A DNA stretch of 64,000 nucleotides, taken from assembly GCA_030141605.1 (NCBI GenBank), contig JAQGDQ010000055.1:682001-746000 (forward strand). Reading direction: 5' to 3'. Shown here piece after piece: positions 1 through 36,900 of this stretch. Position 1 is the stretch's first letter. Each line of letters opens with the position of its first letter. A program made the position numbers and the translations under genes. A model generated the notes under the pieces. That model was not told the DNA's origin, ran no database searches, and worked only from the letters and a program-made list of their open reading frames with translations. The DNA is from Tubiluchus corallicola (Eukaryota > Animalia > Priapulida).

Positions 1-2479
1 GAGAACAAGTGTCGTGTGTTCAGACTGCCAAGAGATCATGTAGAAAAACAGAAATGGCTAAGTGTTCTTCCCCCACGCGAAGGCTTTGTTGTTGATCCAA
101 CGAAATTTTTCATTTGCGAAAAGCATTGGCCATCGGATACTCAAATGGTCAAAATTCCAGGTGGTCACATCAGGCCAGTGGATCCACCCAGTATTTTCAA
201 CGTTCCAACATCATGCTTGCCCACTCCAAAGCCACCACCTCGCCCTCCAAAAACTGAGGACCAGCAGCTGAATTATTTCTTTAAAAAGGATAAAATAACT
301 TCTCTCAATGAATTCACTCCTGAGAAAGACCTGCATAAGACGTATCAGAACCTCATTATATCTCGCACACAAGACAAATTTGTGTGCATGTTCATGGAAG
401 AGGACCACAGTCAATGTTATATGTCAATTATTGTTCACAATAAGCCTACCTTGTGTTCCCCTCTTACTCTGTATGCTTTCAAAAACGGGACCAGTGTGCC
501 ATTAAGTAAAATCCTCAGTCCATACAATGGGCTGTCCTCTTACTCACAATTTTTTGCGGTTGTGAATTCTGTTGTCAACCACATTCATCATGTTGATGAT
601 ATTGTCAACAAAGTGACAAAGTCTCTTGAACTTGAACTAGCTCAAAATCGAGAACAATCTCCTAGTGTTAACGCTAAAGCCAAGAAGCTCAAATTTCTAA
701 CACGACAGCTTCGACTACTATGTGATAAGACTTTCACAGTGTCTGATTATTGCTTTGCAATAGAGTCATTTCCCCATTGCAATTACGAACAACTGCGTGA
801 CTTTTTAGTGTTACCCAGCAAAAGAAAGCTGCAGTCAGTTATTTCATCGACAGATATTGACAAGGTGCTAGGTAAAACATTTCAGAAAGTGAAAAGCTCT
901 GAGCAGAAACACTGTATGCTATTGGTGGATGAAGTGAAAATACGCCCAACAGTGGCTTTTTCAGGGGGTGTGCTAAATGGCATGGCAAAAAATGAGCCAG
1001 ACAGTAAAGCTACATCAATGCTATGTGTGATGGCTAAATGTCTACATGGTGGCCCCAGCGTGATGATATCAGTGACCCCCATTCACAAGTTGACTGCTGC
1101 ATATCAATTCTCTGTCGTGAAGGAGGCTGCTACAGTGGTTGAGAATTCGGGAGGAACTGTTTTAGGGTCCATGACGGACAACCACAAGATCAACCAACAA
1201 TACAGCAAATTGTTTACCAGACGAACAGACTGGGAGGCTGAACATCCCCTGGAAAATACACGAGTGTGGTTCCTGTTGTATGATACCGTCCACATTCTGA
1301 AAAGTATCAGGAACAACTGGATCACGGAGAAATGTCAGAGATTATCGTTTGACAAGAAAACTGTTGGCTCATTTGCTGAAGTAAAAAGTCTTTACAAAGC
1401 TGAGAAAGACAATGTGCTGAAGTCAACACCTTTGACATATTCTGCAGTCTTCCCATCGAAACTTCAGCTCCAGAATGTGCAACATGTCCTGAGGGTGTTC
1501 AACGATCGTGTCGTTGTATCGCTGAGACTTCGAGGAGCCCAGGATACTGCAGAATTCATTCAGCAAGTGCTACGCTGGTGGAATGTGGTAAATGTTTCTG
1601 CCAGAGGTCAAGTCACGAGGATGAGAGACCCTGATCGATCTGTTCAACAAGATACATCTGATACTCTTCAGTCGTTGTTGACTCTGTTTAAGCAAACCGA
1701 ATCAGGACACGGACCAAATAGAATTGAATGCCTGACACATGATACGCAAAAAGCTTTGATTCAGACCACGGAGGGACTCCTCGCTATCTGTAGGCACTTG
1801 TTTTCTGTTGGATTTCACTACGTATTATTGAGTGAACTTCAGAGTGACAGAATAGAGGGTGAGTTATCAGTTTACAGGCAGGCAAGGGGGGCCAATGCAT
1901 TCATGCAAGCTGGAGATGTCTGTTCAACATTCAAGCGGAGACTGGCGCGTTTTTCTGCATCATTCCTGGAGTTTGTGGACACAGACACATCATCCAAAAT
2001 CCAGTTGCACACATGCAATGGGATTGATTTCGAGGATGCCAAAATTATGGAGATTTGTGTTGACGAGACTCTTTCCAAAACTGAACTGAACGCGTGTGCA
2101 TATGTCGCAGGTTGGTTGGAGAGTAAGTGCCAAAATGACATTTCTTTTCCCCGAGGATGAGCCTCTCCTTTCTGAGGAAATGAAAATGTTCATTGAAGAA
2201 GTGTCTAGGGGAGGTCTTACAGTGCCCCACACATTCACGTTCGAATTCGTAACAACTGGCTTGTGTTTTGTGAAGAAGTCAACTCACACAGTCTGCTGCT
2301 GCAACAAGAACATCCTCTCCATAATCAATGCCTACTTTGATTTTGGAGAATTTTCAAGAAATGCTCTGAGACGCCTGGCGAATGTACTGCTGCATGGACT
2401 ACACAATTTGGAGAAGGATCACCAGCAGAACTCAGCCCTTTACCAGACCTCCATTAAGAAGGCGCGACTAGCCGACTAA
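1..2479 (+). pseudogene. THAP-domain P-element-superfamily transposase, 5'-truncated by the window edge and broken by a 1-bp frameshift at ~2149-2152
   Basis: ORF 16-2160 has the C-terminal half of a THAP zinc finger (FRLP..W..CEKHW..PPSIF) and P-element catalytic motifs LLVDEVKI, MTDNHKIN, YDTVHILKSIRNNW (DxxH) and QSDRIEGELSVYRQ. The C-terminal YVAGWL...SRGGLTVP motif is split between this ORF and ORF 2096-2479. Removing one C from CCCC (2149-2152) joins them as DISFPEDEPLL. Confidence 0.88.
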
Positions 2480-2862
2480 TTGTCGCAAACATCTCTGCAA
2501 AATGGTGAGTGCCATAATTCTCATGTATTCTAATTTACACAGAGGAACCTATGAATGAGTTTATATAGTCCTGACAAAATGGTGCAGTCTGTTTATTCTC
2601 TATAGAAAGTGACAGGTAATCATCGGGACACAATGAGTTGCAGATATGGTGTTTTTTTTTGGGAGGGGGGATATCATAGGTACCACTGTTTTTAAATTAC
2701 TAGATGAATGAGGAATATGTTCTATGTGTATTGTGGCATGCTATTGGTCACCATGGGGGGTAAATATGTCCAAATTATTGGCACTAAATGTTAAAAATAG
2801 ATCGCCTCCGCTAGCCGAATCAGAGATCTGAGCGTGCACGTCCTGTTGTATAGTAGTCCTTG
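1..2862 (+). mobile_element. P-element-like DNA transposon (left end outside the window), antisense to and apparently within an intron of gene A
   Basis: Contains the transposase above and is more GC-rich than host introns. The candidate right end ...GTTGTATAGTAGTCCTTG (2862) has the CA...TG type terminus of P elements. The partner TIR and TSD cannot be seen. Confidence 0.65.
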
Positions 2863-3089
2863 ATACAGATATATATCTGTATCTGATAACTTTATTGGTA
2901 AAATTTTTATAACTACAACTGTCTACTGTCAACGTGGGTGAGAAGTCAGACAAAATTATACAGGGCTAGAAAAAAATCAGCGGAACTCCTGCAGGCAGCA
3001 GACTGAAAGAAAGTAACAATATAAAAATGACCTATTTCCTTAAAGAACAAAATATGTCAAAACTGTCACAAAAAACTGTGACTTGTCAT

Positions 3090-3612
3090 CTATATGAATT
3101 AGCAAAGTTTAAATGTCCATTATAGATATCACATTTAAAACTTAAATGGGAAGAAAGAAACTTTTAAAGTGTATCCCAAAGAACTTTATATACAACGTTA
3201 TAATATTTGGGATTACACTTAACTATTTGAAAGACGTATGCAATTGGAAATTTCTTAATTTAAAACATTTGTGCCATCTGGTAAAACAGCCCTGCATCAC
3301 GATCACAGTTTGCCCTAATGATTCACCAAAAAACATATTATTGATCTTACTGGCAATAACAAGTAATTTAAACTTCTGCTTAATTAGTGACATGTGTTAT
3401 ACAAAGGCTTTGATTATTTTTTCAAATTTTATGCAATGTCATCTAAACTTGCTTCAAACGGCTAACTGCTAAAAATGACTGCGCCTAACAGTCATCGCGG
3501 TTGTTTAAATTTACAAGTTGTATACAGAGCATTACTGCTAATGCAAGCCCTGTGTGCAATAAGACAGCATATAAGCTATAAAATTTCAAGGCGAATTTTT
3601 TAAGCCTTACTT
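3090..3612 (+). mobile_element. Kolobok-like MITE family K1, decayed copy
   Basis: Colinear similarity to 23250-23710 (GTGCCA..GGTAAAA; CAATG.ATCTAAA.TTG.TTCAAA; ATGCAAG.CC.G). Confidence 0.55.
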
Positions 3613-3733
3613 ATCAAGAGTGTTTACTTGTGCTTCAAACGATGAAATAACAATTATTGAAAACTCATTATAAAGACAGCAATTTAATTTATCGCAAACA
3701 TAATCAGTTAAAATAATAATAATATTTTCATAC

Positions 3734-27327
<23,594 letters not shown>

Positions 27328-27649
27328 GTCAGAACTTTGAAGGTTCGAAAGCTTCACAGTAGTCCTAGCAGCTAGTTCAACACTTGATGAAACAGAACAG
27401 TGCCAGTACAAGTACACATGCTAATTATGCCTGCGGATCCCTTTCTTTTCATATTTTCAAAGTAAAGACCTGAAAAGTAAGATGTTGAATAATTAAATAT
27501 TCCCATGTTTAATTTCTGGGGTCGAATCAATTTAAAAAACAGTAATTTACTAAGTACTTACCAAATAGTACATACAGTGTACATACTAAGACATAACACT
27601 GAAAGGGAAAATGCTGTTTCTTAAAAAGGATTTACAGTACAACTTTATT

Positions 27650-28267
27650 ACAGGGATGCCTAAACTCTTTAATTTTTCCTATCCTACCACATTTTCAAGT
27701 ACACATTTTAACACTAATAATACTGTAAAAGAGTTTCTGATAATTATTTAATAGATAAAAATTTTAATTAACGATGGACGAGCCCAACTAGTAATGACAT
27801 CACAAACTAACATAATTTTCAACATCAAATGCATTCCATGAGCATGTTGAGCATGTTTGAGAGCGCGAAAATTGAAGTATAGTGCTACTGTAAGAGATTC
27901 AGTATGTTGTAATAAAACTCGGCAAGTTTTAAGATAAAAGTTCAAATTTCAAATTTAATGCTGAATTCACGCATGAGCTGTCGAACGTGTGTAGTTCGTC
28001 ACAAACTAACATATCTGAACCGAGGGTTACAGCACCTGTTTTTTATGGAACGCTTTCCAAAGTGCAGATGCTAGTGCCGGTCTAACTAGTGAACGGCGAA
28101 ATGCAGGTAACGGCAAAGTACCAGTGGCATGAACGCGAAATTGCGTTTGTGTAATAATAATTGTTTTATGTAAGTCATTCTTTAAAAAATAGTATGTTTC
28201 CTTTCAATATTTTAAAGAACAGGTTGTTTTGACCTACAGTTTAACATTAAGTCCAGTTTTGCTTTAA
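27650..28267 (+). mobile_element. Kolobok-like MITE family K2
   Basis: Shares CCCAACTA.T.ATGACATCACAAACTAACATAATTTTCAAC and the right end GTTTTGCTTTAA with the 49303 copy. Confidence 0.65.
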
Positions 28268-28299
28268 GCAAAAACAGTTAAATAACGGTTATGTAATAA

Positions 28300-28932
28300 T
28301 TAAAGGACAAGAAAAGAGGTACCTTAAGTGGTTTCAGAAAAATCACCTTAAAGAATTATATTACTTTACAGCATTTTTATGCATACATCGTACTCGTGTT
28401 AAAAAGAATTTTTATTTGTTTTCATCTTAAATCTCCACTGATACTATTCCGAAGTCACCATCATGACATCACTATGCAAACGTAAATCAGAAGAAGAAAG
28501 GCAATGTTATGTCCCAAAAAACTTTCCATGCAAACCTACATTACTTAGCATTTCGCTTACCTGCAGGAAAGTCTTGTGTAACTAGAAATAATAATTTAAA
28601 ATGTTCGTGCCAATTGATGAAATGCCGCTGGCCCAGGGTGCACTACTCACTAAACAAAAATGTATTTTTAATCTTATTGACAAGATACAGTAATTTAAAA
28701 TTTTACTTAGTTAGTAATGTGTGCTACGAACGCTCTTGATTATTTTTTTGTACTTCACGCAATGTTATCTAAACATGTTTTAAATGACCTACCGTTCCAT
28801 TAAAATGGCAAGTTTTATACAGCATCACTGCCGATGCAAGTCTTGCATGCAAAAAGGCAATATGTAAGTGATATAAATGTCAAAACGAATTTTTTAGGCT
28901 TTATGTAAGTGGAGGGTTTTCTTGTGTTTTAA
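28300..28932 (+). mobile_element. Kolobok-like MITE family K1
   Basis: TTAAAGGACAAGAAA ... TTTCTTGTGTTTTAA; colinear with 23052-23738. Explains the similar short ORFs beginning MSQKTFHA. Confidence 0.7.
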
Positions 28933-30170
28933 AGTAATTTTGCATTTCACAATATGCAGACATATACATATAATCAACAACATAACCAAACAAATTCAAT
29001 CATAGTTAAATAATTTCAAGAACTTTATAGCCGAGAATCGAATAAATTGCTAACTACTTGCTACTATTAATTAATGATTACATCAAAACTATATTACATC
29101 ATCAATATTGAGATCAAATTTGGCAGAAATTAAAAAATGTGGTTCTAAAACATAAATTCCAGCTGGGACAGCATTTGAATCCAAAATTAATTAATTTTTG
29201 GATTAGGTCATATTCACTATAAAAATTGGCAAACTAGTAATTTTTTTGAAAGCAACCAGAAAAAATTTAAATTTAGGTTACAACTTCAGAAAACGGTAAA
29301 AATAGGTTGCTGTACTTACTATACATGTAGAATATAGCTTATTGGGTCACACAGTCACTGTGCCACATGTATAGCAGGGTTAAGTAACTGCTTTGTGTAT
29401 TGCAGTCCTTATCATATATAGTTATATAATTTTTAGATAAATGTGAAATGATTTTTATGGTTACTATCTCAGCAATAAATCAAAATATTGTTTGATATTA
29501 TCCTTTAACAACCTTTCATAAAATAATTTTGGCTTCATAAGGCATGACTATAATGAAGCCTCATGTTCTCTGGCAAACTATTCCACTTGTTCTTCACTGC
29601 ACATGAGGAAAAAGTACTTTTGGCAATCACATTCTTGCATAGTTTCAACAATTTATCCTGTTAGTGTTATTAATGCAGAGGCAAGCTAATACCAGTCTCA
29701 GCTGAGAAATGCCATAATAGCACTAAAATAATAGTAATACTTAATAGGCCTACTGGTACTACTACTACTAGGAAGTACTAAAAAAACTACTATACATATA
29801 GGCCTATTTAACTAAGATCACTGCCATCACGAAACAGAACATGCAACGAATACAGAAAAAAATTCTTTATCTATAAATAAATTCAAAAGAAATTTCTACT
29901 CCTTTACTACTGTTTTTTATTTTTCTCAATCTACATTCATTTGGGGTGCTCTCAACAAGTAGTCACTTCTTGAGTACCCCACAGGTCATTTGCAGCTCGG
30001 CATCTTGCGTAAATAATAAATATGTTATTAAATTCTTTGGATGTCCTACGCTGTGATGATTGTTGTGGATGTATTTAATAAATAAACAAATAAAATAAAG
30101 ACTATTAAGTTATTAAAGTGTTATAGTACTGTTAATAAAATCACACAAATCAAGTGGTGAAATAACTCAC

Positions 30171-30340
30171 ATCTTTCAAGTTTACTTTACAATGTATACG
30201 TCATTCTGAACGACAGTAAATAATAGGAAAATAAAATAATTTAAAATGCAAGAAGTAACAGCCTAATTATTTTAACTGTAAGTTACAAAATTATCTAGTA
30301 CTTTCAAGCACACTTTATAATTTTTTTCAATCAGCAGTTA
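30171..30340 (-). other. Probable 5'-UTR exon of gene A
   Basis: Good donor GAT|GTGAGT at 30171/30170. The first coding exon of A starts at an acceptor (TTACTTTTCAG|, exon start 27469) upstream of its ATG, which implies an upstream exon. The 5' boundary is a guess. Confidence 0.5.
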
Positions 30341-30630
30341 AGTCACGTGACACCACAGGCTGATCGTGATTGCTATGACAACTAGGATTTTTGCCTTTTG
30401 ACACACGCACCACGCACAACATTTAGGCATGCTTCAAGCAACAACCAACTTGAGCCATATTTTTAACAAAACGCCTCTTCAGCGAAAAACTAACATGCAT
30501 GTGTCCACTATAATTGTTAATTACGTTTGCGACCTTTTGCCGGCCAATGCATGGTATGATCATGATGATTTCGACGAATTCAGCAAATCATGAAGCTTGA
30601 TCGGTTGTTATGGTAACTAGGAAACATTGC
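30340..30630. promoter_or_regulatory. Candidate bidirectional promoter with two RFX X-box-like motifs and a palindromic E-box
   Basis: ATTGCTATGACAAC (30369-30382) and GTTGTTATGGTAAC (30604-30617) fit the RFX X-box pattern; GTCACGTGAC at 30342-30351. The region is locally CpG-richer and lies between a minus-strand donor (AAAGAT|GTGAGT at 30171/30170) and a plus-strand acceptor (TTTAG| at 30884). Confidence 0.65.
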
Positions 30631-30949
30631 GCTTAAGGTTTCGAATGGTGCCGCGATTCATTACAGTGAATTTTTTTAATGAGCAGCAAAATTTGAAAAA
30701 ATCTGGTCAACTAATCGTTGGTAGTGCATATGTGTGCATGCATTACTTGAAAAGCAATATAAGGCAATAAGTTTGTCGACACCCTTATGCTTTTTACTCA
30801 AAGGCGTGCCTAGAGATTGAAAAAATAATTTTGGTCGATAATTTTGATTCACTATCAGAGTAATGAAACTGAGTTCCTGTTTAGGCTTGTTCGCTCTTTA
30901 CCTGAAACAATGTTTACCGCCTAATTGATCTATTTTCCTCTGAAACATA

Positions 30950-33900
30950 ATGTCGACGACTGACGTTACTTTAATAGGCTCCATTCATAATATTTTAAAA
31001 TATGGCTACATTTTGCCTGAGTGGCCCCTTGCAAAAGTTTGGTTACACATTTCTGGATTTTTCGTGTTTTGTACCTGCATTTTGGAGCCATACATCTTTG
31101 CTGTAGACACAACATTTGTCAAGTGGTATACAGTCTATGTTTTAGATGTGTTATTTTTACTGGATGTGTATTTGCTATTTTATACTGCATACCAAGATCA
31201 CGGAGCTTGGATAACTAATAAACGGCTTATTTACCGGAGGTATACATCATCAGAAAAATCAAAGTTTAAGTTCTTGTACGATGTATTATCTTTACTGCCG
31301 TTGGAGATACTATCACCACTTTTCATATGCAGGACAATAGCTTGGGCTGGATTGCGACTGAATCGCTTAATACGTTTGTACAGGTTGCCCGTTTTACTAA
31401 GTAAGTCTCATGTGTATTATTTTTATTTTGCCTGGTTATATTGTAGCAATCATCAACATGGGTGTCCACTGGGGTTGGCAAATGGGTTGTTTGACCTCCA
31501 CTGGATCAGGTAGGCTAATAATATTATTAATAGTAATTAATTCTTTAAGGAGTGTTGGAAATTTTTATTCTCTGCCTCATTCAGTAGTATGGTCAATTAC
31601 CTGATATATGTATATATATAAATTATAGTTCTGGCTCAAGAGACCAGGCATGGAGGTCTAGCAGTCACTACGAACAGTGACAGCTTGGGGGAATCCCACC
31701 TGCCAATACAAATGGAAGGATTAACATCTTCAGCAATGGCAACACAATGCAGTCTCAAGTCATATCAGTTCAATGTTTATCTGAAAAGTTTTTTCTTTTG
31801 TATCTCCCTATTTTTATATCGTAATATTTATGATTTTTGCTCAAAGGTACTTGCGAGAACTCCAATCTTCTCCAGTCTTAACCTAGGAAAAACCATGAAG
31901 CACTCTGCTTATGAATGTTGCTTTTGCCATTTATTATATGATAGAGTTCTTTTAATTTAAACCCCAGAATCAGTTAGCTATCGGCATATTGCAAAATATT
32001 AATATGGATCGTTCAATACTTCTGTATTTGAAAGCAGTGTGTTATTTTTAATTCAAGGTTTTCACATTCCAACCCTGTTTTTTATATATAAATATACGTA
32101 ATATTGTGAGTATTAAATCAGTATTTAATATGTAGATACAGTGCTCCTACCCCACCACCTAGCTGTAGGCACTCTTTGCACATGCCCCACCTACACTACA
32201 CCATACATGAAGGCCTAGGGGTACAATAATTGACACCTTTGAGCAGCAAGGATTTTTGTGCTGTGATGTAAATTTGCTGTGTAAATTATGTTTAAATTAG
32301 TATTTTTAGCTTGTAACTATTTTTTAAAGCAGTAGCTGCAATTTTTGTAAATTGCCTTTTTAGATAACAACATAACAACGGTAGTTCAATTGCGGCATCA
32401 ATGCTTTAAATGAGAGATTAGAACAATTTCTGTAAAACACAAAATTAATGCATGCTGGAAAAGTTTGCGAATTTTACGAAGTCACCCTGATACATAAATT
32501 TCCAGTCGCATAAGTTACACCTGTTATAATGTTATACAAGTGGAACTTGTATTAATGTGACTTGATCATTACTTAACAATTGACCTTATAGTAATATGGA
32601 CCCCCATTAAACAGTGACTTATGCCACATTATTAAACACGAAGGCATAATTTTCTATCAGTCTTTATCCTGCATAATATGCTTGGAATGGTGCATTCCAA
32701 ATAAAGCTTTGAAGCTCATTTCGCAAAAAATTTAGCTCACATTTATATACAGTATATAAATATATCCATTGAATGATGTGATCTTTGTCTAAAGTTCAGC
32801 AACTGATAAAAGCAAAAACCAAACAAACCAAAGATGCATTTGTTTGCTTATTTGAAGCTATTAGAATTTGAGCCATGATTCATGATGAGAATTACTATTG
32901 CATACACAATGCATTCTGTTTATATGCCGACTTTTTCACATTGTAATTTTTATTATTTATGTATTATTTCAGAGATGCGAGCAGATGACGTAGGTGCCAA
33001 CAAATCTATTAATAAAATTTTACGTTATTTGGTTTGTGGTACATTCTTTACTCATTATGTGTCCTGCATATGGTATAGACTGGCTTGCACACCGTTAGTT
33101 GCCAACCAAGCTGTGTCTTGCGGATATGACTCTTGGGTTTATCAAAAGTCACTTGGTGAGTTTTCGTAAGTGCCTTAATGTGTTTTAAAAATTAAAATTA
33201 CATTGTTATTATCTTATGTAATGGAACTACTTGCATTTTCAGAATTTTGCTCAATTTCTTGTTATAAATCAATGGTCATGCTAAAGTCGAGATGTTTCTT
33301 TAAGATGAGTATGCATCTCTTTCCCACAGTCGTGAGCATCGAATATTTGAATTCGATTCAAACGAGTTTTTTCAATACCAATTCGACTCAAATGCAAAAT
33401 TGTGGATCTGAATAATTCAGCTCCTCACTTAAGAAACGTTTGAAAAATCGTGTAAATCAACTCTGTTAAGTCCGCCCTCTTAGACGTTATCTCAGGGCGG
33501 GTCAAGCAGTTGGAGTCAATACAACTTACATACGTCTGTCTCAGTCTCTCAAAGTACTGCTTGATTTGATTACTGTGTTTTTCAAGTCTTTGAGTATCAA
33601 ACGTGTGTTGCTTACATTGTTCATTGCTTATTGCTGTGCATTCTATGGCAGTTCAGTTTTTTAGTTAACTGACAGAAGAGTAAAATTGATGATTGTTGAA
33701 TGTCGAAAAGCGGTGCATCGTATACTTGGCATACCTTACAACTCTCATTCTACAATGATGATAACGATTACTGGAACTTCCTCCTTTGAATTTTTAAAAG
33801 CTGTTGGCATGTATAAATCGATCAAGAGGATGTTTTAAAAACACTTTCATTTTTAAATATGAATTCCACTTGTACAATGCTCAGAGTAAATAAGATATTT

Positions 33901-36900
33901 ATCACGCAAAAATATTTCCATTTTTTATAACACTGCTCTTAATAATTGTGATATACTTGCGTATGAGCTGTACTGGCTTACTGAAGCGGAAAACCACCAC
34001 CTACCTGGCTTTTCGTTTGAAGAAATTCGTAAGATTTTGTATTATATTATAACTAACTAATGTAAATATTCTTGTAAATATTGATGAATTGCACTGTTAT
34101 AATATGTAATGCGTGTGAATAAAATCGTACGTATTATTAATAGAGAAACAATTTTCTGATAAAGAATTTTGTTGATAAGAGTACCGGGGAAAAAGCAGAC
34201 CATTTATAAGCACTTGTTTTAAAATCTACAAGAACCACAAGGGTAAAATGGTACATCAGTCTCCCAGGCTTGCTAAATATGTCTTTGTATTAGTCAACTG
34301 TGGTTTTTTTATCCTTGCTGGTGTCCTTGGTAGAATGGAGCGGAAATATTTGCAGTTAAAAAAACATTGATTGATCCCTTCATATATGCTTAGCATTTCA
34401 TAAGAAATGGGTGTCAGGTCATACAAGAATGGATCATTGCAAATTAATACCATTTATTTCTGTTGCAGATGTGGGAAAAACTCGGGCTATTGATCGTTAT
34501 GTCAACAGTTTATACTGGAGTGCTAGTATGCTGACCAGTACTGGGTAAAGTTTTCTGTGTCTGCATTTGTTTTTGCAATTAAAATGTTATAATGTGCTAA
34601 GAAATCTCCTGCATTTATTTAGTCTACTTATTTTGATACTCTTTTATTTTAGATTCGGAGATGTCACAGCACGCAACACGCAAGAAGTCTGGTTTTCAAT
34701 AAGCGTGATGTTACTCGGTGCTTTTGTGTTTTATTGTCTTTTATTTGGCTCTGTGACGTCACAGCTCATTAATGCCGGAAGCCCAAAAGCTAACTATCTG
34801 AATAACTTGATTACAGTCAAACAGCAAATGGTAACAGTTAATCTGTAGCCATTTATAACAGCTAACATAATTATTTGCTCTGCTTTGTTATGCCTGTTCT
34901 GGGTTAGGGTGGTGGTACTTGATTCTGGCATTTAGATTCTGGACAGTTGGTAATGAATTGTACGTGACTATAAATCGCAAATGTCAGAGTAATGACTATA
35001 AATCGCAAATGTCAGAGTAAATAACTTTTTACATGCAATGACACTGTGCATTAAAAGTGCATAATAAGCACAAGCATTGTTTGTTCTTTGCAGGAAATCT
35101 TTATTGCAGATGTGCTTCATCAAAATGCACATCTTTTTTAAAAAACAAATGTAAAATTTCCAAAAATATCTGTTGAGAAAGTGAATAATCGATTTTAAAT
35201 AATAAATTATATAAACAATTAGAACAGTTTTATTCTGTGTCTTGTTGATCGTTTCAATCACGTGGATGTGTTTAAATAAACAATGGCCAGAGTTAAGAAG
35301 AGAAATCGATAGATTTTGATAAGTGCTTTACATAGCTTTTTCGAAAATTTATGAATGGCTTTAAAAGCTTTAGTTTGTCCTAGTGTTGCAGTGTATTTGT
35401 AGTAAACAGCAGCTTTATTTTAAACACGTGATCAATCTGTATGTTTTGTTGTAGGCAGACACTGGGTTACCTAAAGTAGTGCAACAGCTGGTAATAGATT
35501 ATTACAACTTTCTGTGGTTGAACAGAAAGGGTGTAAAACCTTCTGCAGTGTTTGACATGGTACCAGTTTCATTTCAAGCAGAGTTGGCTACATCATCTAA
35601 CAAAATTGCAATTGAACAGGTAATTGACAAAGTCACTTTATTAGTTACCTGAAATGGTCCAGAGTTCTTGTTCCTCCAACTGTCTGTTTGGAAATTTCGT
35701 ATTTTATGTCCAAGAGCTGCTGTTCTGTGAGCTTTGGCATTTCAGGTTTTGGTCTGCAATGTTTATTTTCAGTTTCTTCATTTATTAGATTTTTTTCATT
35801 TTTAAAGCTAGTAGTAGAAGAGCATAAGAAAACATAGGAGAGTATTTACTGCATAAGTAAAGCTGCAAATGGCTTATTGTGTGTTGAATGAAAGTTTGTG
35901 AGGAAATATAAAAATTGGTTTAAAAAACAGTGGGCACTGAAGACACTTAATGTATGTACAATTCGAAAGGCAAAATATGAATTACTAATGGCAGGACGTA
36001 TAGATCTATTCTTGTCCTTTGTGAATTGTGTGTGATTGTAGTTGACATGTAAACAATTTTGTGGTGAAGTATTCTGCAAATAAGGGGCCCGAAGGAAAAA
36101 CTTGTAATATTATGAGAACAAGCAGGAAAATGAACATTTTCAACAAACTTTTTGATATAGTAACACGAGAACATCCTCCATAATTATGAGCAGTGATAAG
36201 GGTTATTTGTAAGTTATGAGAAACTATTCAAAACTTATGTGGCTTTCTGGGCAAGTGGTTTCTTATCAGCCACTACCGTCTTTATCAGGAAGTTGTTTCC
36301 TATGTGCTCTCGATATGTGTGCTGTTCTGATTAAGAAACTGTTTGTAGTGTGTAATGAAACAACAGTTGAAATCACAAAGAGAAAATGGCCAGCAAAGGC
36401 TTGGCAACAGAATGCATCACTCTTTCCCTTATATATTGCTGTATTACTTTCTAAGTTTTTATTTGGTAAAAATGTTTTAGTATGAGAAGTTAGAAGTGAG
36501 AAATTAGAATCCTTTATGAAAGTTTTTGAGATAAAATTGTTAGTTTATGTAGGAGCTAGTGAACACTATATTTGTTGCTGTACATATATTTGTGTTTAGT
36601 CTCAGTTTCTGAAAGGCATTCACGAAGGATTTCAGCGAATGTTGTCCGTGGTGATAAGACATGAAGTCTGTGTTCCCAGTCAGTTGATTGTCACACGCGG
36701 TTTGGGACAGAAGATGGTCTACATCATACGAGGGCGAGCTCAGGTTAATATGAACAATGTTTTACTATATTTCTCACCAAGTTTTCGCTCTTTCTTTATT
36801 ACATCCCAGAATGGGATGTCTAGTGCTTCCTTGCATTCTTCGCATTGTTCTTGTACTTGTGGACAGTTTGCTTACCGATTCAGTCAGTGTACTGTGCTAT

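Noticed and set aside
2741-2882. TIQQDV segment as the true next exon of gene A (compare SLQQDI in B)
   Set aside because: The spacing does not match the B exon, it runs into a stop, and it overlaps the putative transposon end. It is treated as coincidence or a cryptic exon.
27328-27417. 30-aa N-terminal extension of gene A given by the ORF track
   Set aside because: It starts at GTG. The first in-frame ATG is 27327 (MSDPEE), which roughly matches the start position of paralogue B.
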